Positions 1 to 7,590 of a DNA stretch of 12,164 nt are shown piece by piece. The notes under the pieces were generated by a model. It was not told the DNA's origin and searched no databases. It saw only the letters and a list, made by a program, of their open reading frames with translations. Source of the stretch: Opitutales bacterium (GTDB lineage: Bacteria > Verrucomicrobiota > Verrucomicrobiia > Opitutales > UBA9783); the NCBI GenBank assembly GCA_024407725.1, contig JAKSVZ010000019.1, forward strand, positions 1-12,164, in the 5' to 3' direction. Both the position numbers and the translations under genes were made by a program. The first letter of the stretch is position 1, and every line of letters starts with the position of its first letter.

Positions 1-70
1 TCCTTATAAGTCATTTCCTTATAAGTCATTTCCTTATAAGTCATTTCCTTATAAGTCATTTCCTTATAAG
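1..70. repeat. Perfect tandem repeat: 15-bp unit TCCTTATAAGTCATT x4 plus a 10-bp partial fifth copy, truncated by the window edge
   Basis: Direct reading shows identical units at 1-15, 16-30, 31-45 and 46-60, with a partial copy at 61-70. Each copy contains the perfect 8-bp palindrome CTTATAAG (3-10, 18-25, 33-40, 48-55, 63-70). Confidence 0.97.
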
Positions 71-163
71 ATTTTGGGCGTTTTCCTGAAATTGCAAGCT
101 TTTTTGGAACTATTTTCACTTGCCAGATACAAGGTAGGATGCAAGGATAAAGCGAGGTGTGAG

Positions 164-1471
164 ATGAGGGGAAAGAGTGATGATGCTTTGTTGTTTGAAG
201 AGGCTCATCCAGAATCGATTCCCTTGCCTGAGAGGATGCGGCCTCAACAATTATCCGACATGGTTGGGCAAGCGCATCTATTATCCGACAAAAGCGCGTT
301 CCAAAATTGGCTGCACAACGGCGGCACTGGTAATGTGTTATTATACGGCCCTCCTGGATGCGGAAAAACAACCCTTGCGCGTTTGATTGCAAGCCAATTG
401 CAAAAGGAACTCATTCCGTTAAACGCTGTTTTATCCAACGTTAATGATTTAAAGGCCAAGTTGCATCAAGCGGAACAGCGACCGAGGAAAACCATCCTAT
501 TTATTGACGAAATCCATCGATTTAACCGCTCGCAGCAAGACGTTTTGTTGCCTTTTTGCGAAAGCGGAAATGTTCAGCTCATCGGAGCCACCACCCACAA
601 TCCGGCTTTCTATCTCATTCCTCCGCTGATCAGCCGAAGTTATGTATTCGAGCTCCATCCTATTTCCTTAGAAGCCATCATTCAACTACTGAAAAAGACT
701 CTGGGGGATACAGAACGTGGGTTGGGAGCACTGCGATTAACCGTACCTGAAGCAGTTTTGACGGAAATTGCGCGGGTGGCTAATGGGGATCTCCGTCGAG
801 CCCTTCACCTATTGGAATTTTTATGCCTCAGCGCACCGGTCGGCAGCACCCTTTCGTTGGAGCAAACAGAGGCGGAATTGGATCGCTGGCACGCTAGTTA
901 CAATGCGCGCGAAACGGATCACTATGATACGATTTCAGCGTTCATCAAAAGCATACGCGGATGCGACCCCGATGCTGCGGTTTATTGGCTAGCGCGGATG
1001 CTCAAAGGCGGCGAAGACCCGTTGTTTATTGCGCGCCGTCTGGTCATTTTAGCATCCGAAGACGTTGGTTTGGGGGATTCCCGCGGGTTATTATTGGCAA
1101 CCGCCGCTTATACAGCTTGTGAAAAAATCGGTATGCCGGAATGCGCGATCAATCTGTCGCACGTAACCATCTTTTTAGCTCTTGCGCCCAAAAGCAACAG
1201 TACCAATGAGGCGCTCAACGCTGCCTATCAATACATCGACAAACACCCTCTGCAACCCGTACCGAATGCGTTGCAGCAAACACCCTTGCACCGCGAAGAC
1301 AGCTACCTTTACAGCCATCAATTCGAAGCCAATGTTTCCGGACAGGCGTATTGGGACGAATCGCAAACTTTTTATCATTTGAAGCCGATTGGGGCCGAAC
1401 AAAATCTGAAGCCCTTGTATGATTACCGAAAGCAACTTAAACAAAAGCGACGCAGGGAGCATCGATCCTGA
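164..1471 (+). CDS. rarA: Replication-associated recombination protein A (RarA/MgsA family AAA+ ATPase)
   Basis: Walker A GPPGCGKTTLA. Walker B/sensor LFIDEIHRFNRSQQD. IGATTHNP. GDLRRALHLLE. C-terminal MgsA signature HYDTISAFIKSIRGCDPDAAVYWLARMLKGGEDPLFIARRLVILASEDVGLGD. ATG at 164 chosen over the track's TTG at 74 because homologues start near the LF...PLPERMRPQQL segment and GAGGTG lies 5 nt upstream of ATG164. Stop TGA at 1469-1471. Confidence 0.9.
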   Translation: MRGKSDDALLFEEAHPESIPLPERMRPQQLSDMVGQAHLLSDKSAFQNWLHNGGTGNVLLYGPPGCGKTTLARLIASQLQKELIPLNAVLSNVNDLKAKLHQAEQRPRKTILFIDEIHRFNRSQQDVLLPFCESGNVQLIGATTHNPAFYLIPPLISRSYVFELHPISLEAIIQLLKKTLGDTERGLGALRLTVPEAVLTEIARVANGDLRRALHLLEFLCLSAPVGSTLSLEQTEAELDRWHASYNARETDHYDTISAFIKSIRGCDPDAAVYWLARMLKGGEDPLFIARRLVILASEDVGLGDSRGLLLATAAYTACEKIGMPECAINLSHVTIFLALAPKSNSTNEALNAAYQYIDKHPLQPVPNALQQTPLHREDSYLYSHQFEANVSGQAYWDESQTFYHLKPIGAEQNLKPLYDYRKQLKQKRRREHRS

Positions 1472-2207
1472 AAATCCAGCAATCGCTTATGACTGCTACC
1501 CCACCCTACCGTCTACGCACCAATGGGCGTTGCAACAAAGCAAGGTGCCGGTAGCACCTGAGCACCTAAAGGTCATTGTAGCTCATACCCAAACCAACGG
1601 CGTCGGTTCCCATCAACGCTCATGGTTATCGGGCGCCCATGATTTCCATATCAATTTAATCTTTAACGCCCATCAAATCCTGCCCTTTGCGCAGTTAGCG
1701 GCCTACACGGTTTGCACATTCCTCGAGCAAGAAATTCCCCAAGCGGTACAGTTAAAATGGCCCAACGATGTTTGCGTAGCAGGAGCAAAAATCAGCGGCT
1801 GTTTAGCAGCTGTTCGCGGACATTGGGTCACCATTGGCGTTGGAATCAACTACAACTTGGAGCATTTAAAGGCTATCGACCAACCCGCCACCTCCGTAAG
1901 GCATTTATTAAACCAAGGTAGCCCTTTCTCGAAATCAGCTATTTTTGATAAAATTCAACGTTTTTCGCGGCTATTTATGAGCCATTGGTTAAGCTATTCG
2001 CACCAACCAACCTCCTTAAGCGATGCCTGCAGCCCCTACTGGTTGTACCTCCATCAAGCCATTACAATCTTCGACGAAGACCAGCAACAGTGGCTAAATG
2101 GGCTATTTCAGGCCGTTTTACCCAATGGCAGCCTGCAATTAAGGTTAAATTCAGGCAAAACAACCACCGTCCTTAATGGAACGCACCTGCAACCCGCCAA
2201 GGATTAA
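1419..2207 (+). CDS. birA: Biotin--protein ligase, class I (no N-terminal HTH), with a degenerate biotin-binding loop
   Basis: BPL_LplA_LipB-type motifs: LPSTHQWA (STN-like), QTNGVGSHQRSW at the position of the Q..GRGRxGRxW loop, KWPNDVCVAGAKISGCL (catalytic-Lys motif KWPND), GVGINYN, and an SH3-like C-terminal domain (LNGLFQAVLPNGSLQLRL...). ATG 1419 is the only canonical start upstream of the conserved core. It overlaps rarA by 53 nt and has no convincing SD, so the start is uncertain. Confidence 0.72.
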   Translation: MITESNLNKSDAGSIDPENPAIAYDCYPTLPSTHQWALQQSKVPVAPEHLKVIVAHTQTNGVGSHQRSWLSGAHDFHINLIFNAHQILPFAQLAAYTVCTFLEQEIPQAVQLKWPNDVCVAGAKISGCLAAVRGHWVTIGVGINYNLEHLKAIDQPATSVRHLLNQGSPFSKSAIFDKIQRFSRLFMSHWLSYSHQPTSLSDACSPYWLYLHQAITIFDEDQQQWLNGLFQAVLPNGSLQLRLNSGKTTTVLNGTHLQPAKD

Positions 2208-2213
2208 ATAGGG

Positions 2214-4058
2214 CTATTCTTTAAGCAAAAACTGTTGGGCGACAAAGAAATTCCACAAAACGATTTCGTGGGTAATACGCCCTGATAAATGCTGTTGCCA
2301 AAACGCTTGCACGGTTGCTCGGTCTAAATACTTCCATACGGGAGTATCGGCCGCCAAATAACGTTCCATGGTCGGTTTCAATGAGGTGCGGAATAGATCG
2401 GCTAAGGGCATTTGGAACCCGCATTTAGGGCGATCCCACAAAGCGCGCGGCACATAGCGATTCAAAACCTGTTTCAACAAATACTTCTTAGTCCGATGCA
2501 GTAGCTTTTGATGAAAAGGAATCGATAAGGCAAAATTAACAATCGTGTAATCAATAATCGGTGCACGGGCTTCTAAACTAGCCGCCATGGCCGCACGGTC
2601 TACTTTACACAAATACGCATCCGTAAAGCGCGTACGCAGGTCTAAAAACATAACCTGTTCTGCTGTTTTTGAAGTCGTATGGGGTAAGCGATACCATGTG
2701 TTTTGTAAAGGAGAATCCAACACCCACCCTTCATTAACGTGCATATAACCTTCCAACAAATCGTGCATTTGCAATATATTCAAGGCACGGGAATTGCGCC
2801 GCGCAAACTTAGGCGCTATCGGCCTTAAGATGCGGCTATTAAACTGCTGCAAAAAAGACAGTACACCTTCAGGAAACAAGGGCTTGATGCGGAATAAATT
2901 TGCTAAGCGTTTATACTCGGGATAACCCGCAAACAATTCATCGCCTCCATCACCTGTTAAGACCACACTCACCGACTGTTTAGCTAATTTGGACATGATG
3001 TAAGTCGGTAAGGCTGCCGGATCGGCAAAGGGTTCATCATAAATATGCGTAATTGAATGGATCACTTCCAACAAGTCGCTTGGTGGCAAAAACAAGGTCG
3101 TATGGTCGGTTTTTAAATGCTTAGCAATCGCTTCAGCATACGGCGATTCATCAAAGCGTGCATTTTTATACCCCACACTAAACGTCTTAACCGGTTTTGA
3201 AGCATGGCGTTGCATCAATGAAACAACCAATGAAGAATCAATACCCCCTGATAAAAACGCTCCTACCGGAACATCTGCGCACATCCGTTCCTTAACCGAT
3301 TGATTCAGTAAATCATCCAGTTGATCAATGATAGAAGCTGCAGAAGCTTTTAGGTAGGTACGCTGCCCCAATTCTGACTCCAAATCATAATAACTACGCT
3401 CCGTTAACACCCCCTCTTTTAACGTTAAATAATGACCGGGAAACAACTTACGTGCGCCTTTATTGATGGAATAAGGACAGGGCACATAAAAATTCCTTAA
3501 AAAAAGCTGTGAGGCATTTTCGTCCAAAGCATCATCAAATTGCGGCAAGGTACGCAGCGCCTTTAATTCGGACGCAAACGCAAAAAAGCGATTGGATTCG
3601 TACGCATAATACAAAGGCTTTTCTCCCAAACGATCCCGCGCTACCACCAACTGCTTTTCTTGGTTATCGTATAAGGCAAACGCGAACATCCCATTCAATT
3701 TCGGCAAGGTTTTTTCAACCCCCCACTGGATGCACGCATGCAACAACACTTGCGTATCGTTATGTACCTCAACATGAACGCCTACTGCCTGTAATTCCTT
3801 TCCCAAGGTGCGCTAATTGTAAATTTCACCGTCATAAACAAGGACATAGCGCTTATCTTCGCTAAGCATCGGCTGATAGCTAAAAGGACTAACATCGCAA
3901 ATAGCCAATAGGTTTTGACCTAACCCAATGGACTCCTGTATCCAAGCACCCGAATGATCAGGACCACGGTGCGTTAAAACTTTCAGCATGGACGGCAATA
4001 CATCTTCGATCGCCGGCATACCGTCGTTAAAATTCCAAATCCCTGCTATTCCGCACAT
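2214..4058 (-). pseudogene. asnB: Asparagine synthetase-like glutamine amidotransferase (AsnB family) interrupted by one in-frame TAG
   Basis: The N-terminal ORF (4058..3813) begins MCGIAGIW (class-II GATase Cys2 nucleophile), contains HRGPD, and ends YDGEIYN. It is followed directly by TAG (3812..3810). The same frame continues RTLGKELQAVGVHVEVHNDTQV...NGMFAFALYD...ARDRLGEKPLYY and the PP-loop AFLSGGIDSS for another 530 codons with no further lesion. The two ORFs together are 614 codons, typical of long AsnB paralogues. The track's M at 3806 is a TTG. Confidence 0.85.
3810..3812 (-). other. In-frame TAG nonsense codon inside the asnB-like gene
   Basis: Minus-strand reading GTT TAT GAC GGT GAA ATT TAC AAT TAG CGC ACC TTG GGA AAG. 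The stop sits where AsnB family members usually carry an aromatic/His residue after GEIYN, one substitution away from TAY (Tyr). Confidence 0.9.
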
Positions 4059-4066
4059 AGAACCTA

Positions 4067-4900
4067 TTACGCTTCCCGCTTATAACCAATGGCGCACCAA
4101 TTAACTTCGGGATTCGTTCCAAATGTAATGCGTTCCAAACCGCATTGGGTCATCATGGTGGTAATATCTTGCTTTGAAAACCGATGCTCTATCCTAGAAC
4201 CAAAACGATCTAAGCTCCAAAGCCGCATGCTATACAAAGAACTATTACGCACAGCACTCAAAGGGATATTGGATACATTAACCCCTAGCTTTTCGAGCAC
4301 CCAAGATAATTTTGCAAGCGGCCAATAAACCGTAAACGCAATAACATCCGTACATAATTTTCGCCAAAAATAAGGCATGCGGCTAATACACCGACGCGCT
4401 ACATCTGTACACCGCCAGATAGCCTTAAACCATTCGGGACGGTTCTCAAAATTATAATACATGTAGACCAAAAACGGAGCACCGGGCTTGAGCTTATTAA
4501 CGCACATTTGCATAGCCGAGCAGGGATCGGGAATGTAATGCAACACCCCAAGGCAATAGCCAAAATCCTGCGAATTATCCGGCAACGGCATATCATTGAT
4601 GGTACGTTTGTAAAAATGAACATTCGACTTTCCTTGCAAAACGGTTTTGGCAACCTCAATTGCATCCGAAGGCTCGATCAAATTCAGCCGCTTTACCTTA
4701 TCAGCCACAAAATAAGCCCAGCGTCCCATTCCGCACCCAGCATCAAACCCTTCAGCGGTTGCAGGTAACTGGTCAAAGGGGAAAATATCAAAGTATCCAT
4801 GGAATTCTTCCAAAACTTCTTCCTCGGACCGTCCACGCCCATCAAAATCCCGCCATTGTTTCCCATAATGAGAAACCAAATCATCATTTTGATTTACCAT
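4067..4900 (-). CDS. Class I SAM-dependent methyltransferase (substrate unknown)
   Basis: Motif I FDAGCGMGRW, post-I acidic LNLIEPSD, and motif II/III region FGYCLGVLHYIPDP...KLKPGAPFLV. The stop lies 8 nt upstream of the asnB-like ATG, which suggests co-transcription. Confidence 0.8.
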   Translation of the reverse strand: MVNQNDDLVSHYGKQWRDFDGRGRSEEEVLEEFHGYFDIFPFDQLPATAEGFDAGCGMGRWAYFVADKVKRLNLIEPSDAIEVAKTVLQGKSNVHFYKRTINDMPLPDNSQDFGYCLGVLHYIPDPCSAMQMCVNKLKPGAPFLVYMYYNFENRPEWFKAIWRCTDVARRCISRMPYFWRKLCTDVIAFTVYWPLAKLSWVLEKLGVNVSNIPLSAVRNSSLYSMRLWSLDRFGSRIEHRFSKQDITTMMTQCGLERITFGTNPEVNWCAIGYKREA

Positions 4901-4940
4901 ACTTAAATTGTTTTAAGTGAAGCGTTTTCTGAGCCAAAGG

Positions 4941-5678
4941 TCAACGATAAGGATACCCAACCTGCGTTTTTAAAGCCGCTACCAAACTAACCACCGCTGT
5001 TTCCATACGCAACACGTAGGTCGGTAGGCATACAGGAGTCGAAAAGGTCGCCAAAAACGCCTCTTCAGCCGCCGTAAATCCCCCTTCGGACCCAACAACC
5101 ACCGAACAAACAGAGGATGTTTGCGGCAATTGAATAGCGGCTCCAGCGGCATTTAACGATCCATGAAAGCAATTCCCTAAGGATTTTGTAGGCAATTGAC
5201 TCAAGGCAATGGGATCCAACAGTTTCGGCACATAGGGATTTTTTGCCTGCTTGCACGCTTCAATCAAAATCCGTTGCCAGCGCTCTAACCGTTTTCCCCA
5301 AATAGGTTCCCAATGTCCACGCTCCGTTCGTTCAGCATACACCGGTTGAATACGCGCTATCCCCAATTCGCTCGCCTTGGGTAAAATAGCGTCAAACGTA
5401 GAACTTTGATTGGGCAAAGCTAGAACTAATTGCCACTCGCTGCTAACCTTAGAAGCTGTTTGTAAAGGATCGGTGAACATTACGATGCACTCTTTACCGT
5501 TAGGCTGCAGCTGACCGATACGAAGCGCTCCATCCCCATTAAAAACTGCCACAGTCGCTCCCGAACGGCACCGCAGCACATGCAGCACATGATGCGCTTC
5601 ACTCTCGCTTAACGCAACACAGGAAGCATCAGCAGGAATCGTGGGGCAATAGACCCAAGGAATCTGGGTAGCTTGCAT
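4941..5678 (-). CDS. rsmE: 16S rRNA (uracil1498-N3)-methyltransferase RsmE family
   Basis: N-terminal PUA-like EAHHVLHVLRCRSG. SPOUT core ALPNQSSTFDAILPKASELGIARIQPV, ERWQRILIEACKQA, VVVGSEGGFTAAEE, YVLRMETA. Its ATG (5678..5676) shares one base with the clpX TAA (5680..5678). Confidence 0.85.
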   Translation of the reverse strand: MQATQIPWVYCPTIPADASCVALSESEAHHVLHVLRCRSGATVAVFNGDGALRIGQLQPNGKECIVMFTDPLQTASKVSSEWQLVLALPNQSSTFDAILPKASELGIARIQPVYAERTERGHWEPIWGKRLERWQRILIEACKQAKNPYVPKLLDPIALSQLPTKSLGNCFHGSLNAAGAAIQLPQTSSVCSVVVGSEGGFTAAEEAFLATFSTPVCLPTYVLRMETAVVSLVAALKTQVGYPYR

Positions 5679-6979
5679 TACTTCAGTAACGACTGTTTAC
5701 CCAACACCATCTCTTTGGTAATTTGGATGTCATGAATGCCTTTATCTTTTGAAACAGCAAAAAAAGCATCATTCATCAACCGTTCCAAAATAGAACGCAA
5801 GGCACGCGCACCAGTTTTCAACTCAAGCGCTTGATCGACGACCGCCACAATTGCTTCTGGATCCATTGACAAACGCACCCCTTCCATCGCAAACAACTTC
5901 TGATATTGCAACAAAAGTGCATTTTTCGTGCGGGTCATAATATAGATCAAATCCTCGCGGGTTAATTCGCGTAACACCGATATAATCGGCAATCGACCGA
6001 CAAATTCGGGAATCATTCCAAATTGAATCAGGTCTTCCGCTTGCACATTTTGCTCAATAAACGATGCTTCTTCATCCGCCCCTTGGATCGTATGTTCGAA
6101 CCCAACAATATTGTGACCCAAACGTTCTGCCATAATCTTATCCAAGCCAACAAAGGCTCCGCCGCAAATAAACAGAATATTGGAAGTATTGACGCGAATA
6201 TACTCTTGATCCGGATGCTTACGTCCACCCTTAGGCGGAATATTGCATTCCGTACCTTCTAAAATTTTTAGCAACGCTTGCTGAACCCCTTCGCCAGAAA
6301 CATCGCGGGTAATCGAAACATTGCTGGTTTTGCGCCCAATCTTATCGATTTCATCCACATAGATAATGCCCGTTTCCGCTCGAGCGACATCATAATCTGC
6401 TGCCTGCAACAAACGTAAAACAATGTTTTCAACATCCTCACCGACATAACCTGCTTCTGTCAGGGTAGTTGCGTCCGCAATGGCAAACGGAACATTCAAT
6501 ACGCGCGCCAAGGTACGAGCCAGCAACGTTTTTCCGCTCCCAGTCGGGCCAATGAACAACACATTGCTCTTTTCAATCTCTACATCTGATAAATCCTCAG
6601 GCAATTGACTGGTTAAATTCAACCCAGATTCGCATTCAAAATGCTCAATACCCTTTTGACACACCAAACGTTTGTAGTGGTTATAAACCGCCACTGATAG
6701 CGTTTTTTTAGCCTGTTCTTGACCAATAATATACGCATCCAACACCGAGTTAATACTTTGCGGCGATAAGATTTTTAGCTTTGGTTGTTCCTTGGTTTCT
6801 TTAGGCTCTTCCTCACTGCCAACCGAATGAATTCCGTCATTAGGCGGTTGAATCATACCCTGACAGATTTTTAAACAATCAATGCAGATTCCAGCCTCGC
6901 CCCCCGGAAACGAAATCAACTTCTTTACTTGACTAGCATGCCGTCCGCAAAACGAACAAAATACTGCATCTTTAGCCAT
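5678..6979 (-). CDS. clpX: ATP-dependent Clp protease ATP-binding subunit ClpX
   Basis: N-terminal zinc-binding domain CSFCG...CIDC. Walker A GPTGSGKTLLA. YVDEIDKI. ITRDVSGEGVQQALLKILEG. GGRKHP pore-2 region. IPEFVGRLP (IGF-loop-proximal motif). TGARALRSILE sensor-2. Confidence 0.97.
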   Translation of the reverse strand: MAKDAVFCSFCGRHASQVKKLISFPGGEAGICIDCLKICQGMIQPPNDGIHSVGSEEEPKETKEQPKLKILSPQSINSVLDAYIIGQEQAKKTLSVAVYNHYKRLVCQKGIEHFECESGLNLTSQLPEDLSDVEIEKSNVLFIGPTGSGKTLLARTLARVLNVPFAIADATTLTEAGYVGEDVENIVLRLLQAADYDVARAETGIIYVDEIDKIGRKTSNVSITRDVSGEGVQQALLKILEGTECNIPPKGGRKHPDQEYIRVNTSNILFICGGAFVGLDKIMAERLGHNIVGFEHTIQGADEEASFIEQNVQAEDLIQFGMIPEFVGRLPIISVLRELTREDLIYIMTRTKNALLLQYQKLFAMEGVRLSMDPEAIVAVVDQALELKTGARALRSILERLMNDAFFAVSKDKGIHDIQITKEMVLGKQSLLK

Positions 6980-7584
6980 TAACTATCTGATTTTTGCGGA
7001 TTATTAACAATAACGCGGTCAATTAAACCATACGTTTGAGCTTCTTCGGCGGTTAAGAAAAAGTCACGATCGGAATCCTTTTCGATTTGCTCAACCGATT
7101 GAGAACTGTGTTGCGACAAAATCTTATTGATAATCGAACGCCACCGTAAAATTTCTTTAGCGGCAATTGAAATATCGGAAGCTTGTCCGCTGACCCCCCC
7201 TGAGGGTTGATGAATCATCACGCGGCTATGAGGCAATGCATACCGTTTACCACGGGTTCCTGCAGCCAATAATACAGTCGCCATACTGGCAGCCTGACCG
7301 ATGCAATACGTTACAATATCGCACTTAAGGAAATTCATCGTATCGTAAATCGCCATACCGGCTGTTACGCTACCACCTGGGCAATTGATATACACATGGA
7401 TATCCTTCTTCGGATCCTCCATCTGCAAGAACAACAATTGAGCAATGATCGCATTGGCTACATAATCATCGATGGGGGTACCCAAGAAAACGATGCGATC
7501 CTTCAACAAACGGCTATAGATATCCCATGCTTTTTCGCCGCGTCCATCGCGTTCGTAAACATACGGAAGAGGGAGGTAACTCAT
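6979..7584 (-). CDS. clpP: ATP-dependent Clp protease proteolytic subunit ClpP
   Basis: [32 protein letters not shown], and the catalytic triad context GQAASMA (Ser), MIHQPSGG (His), DRDFF (Asp). Its TAA (6981..6979) overlaps the clpX ATG (6979..6977) by one base. Confidence 0.97.
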   Translation of the reverse strand: MSYLPLPYVYERDGRGEKAWDIYSRLLKDRIVFLGTPIDDYVANAIIAQLLFLQMEDPKKDIHVYINCPGGSVTAGMAIYDTMNFLKCDIVTYCIGQAASMATVLLAAGTRGKRYALPHSRVMIHQPSGGVSGQASDISIAAKEILRWRSIINKILSQHSSQSVEQIEKDSDRDFFLTAEEAQTYGLIDRVIVNNPQKSDS

Positions 7585-7590
7585 AAACCT

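Noticed and set aside
1-70. CRISPR array at either window edge (1-70 and 12111-12164)
   Set aside because: The units are directly abutting tandem repeats of 15 and 18 bp with no unique spacers. The right-hand one is in frame inside a CDS, and there are no cas genes.
74-163. N-terminal extension of rarA from the track's TTG start at 74 (MGVFLKLQ...)
   Set aside because: RarA homologues begin near the LF..(P)LAERMRP segment, which here follows ATG164. That ATG has a good GAGGTG SD, and the extension has no recognisable domain. The frame does stay open back through the repeat array, which is noted in the repeat finding.
71-163. Sigma70 promoter for rarA (e.g. TTGCAA at 92-97 with TTCACT at 115-120)
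   Set aside because: Several weak hexamer pairs are possible and none has a convincing -10, so this is not supportable from sequence alone.
1175-1462. Antisense or overlapping ORFs in the six-frame track (e.g. 177-386, 244-459, 1175-1462, 3509-3865, 4089-4328, 4399-4920 set, 6023-6262, 7396-7764, 8173-8355, 10561-10957, 11492-11683)
   Set aside because: All are nested within, or antisense to, strongly supported conserved genes. They have low-complexity or Arg/Ser/Leu-skewed composition typical of shadow frames, and none shows a recognisable motif or SD.
3810-3812. TAG recoding (pyrrolysine or a reassigned stop) as the explanation for the in-frame stop in asnB
   Set aside because: TAG is used as a genuine terminator in this same window, at the asnB-like 3' end (2214-2216) and the small secreted ORF (9395-9397). 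No pyl genes or PYLIS-like context is visible. A nonsense mutation or a sequencing error is more parsimonious.
2214-4058. AsnB homologue as a lasso-peptide cyclase / RiPP gene
   Set aside because: It retains the MCGI glutaminase nucleophile and the full-length two-domain AsnB architecture. There is no adjacent leader peptidase (B protein), precursor peptide ORF or ABC exporter.
4901-4918. Hairpin ACTTAAA-TTGT-TTTAAGT between rsmE and the methyltransferase as a terminator
   Set aside because: The stem is only 7 bp with a single G:C pair and no U-tract, and it abuts the methyltransferase ATG. It is far too weak for an intrinsic terminator. The nearby TTGACC-17-TTCACT (4944..4916) has too poor a -10 to call as a promoter.
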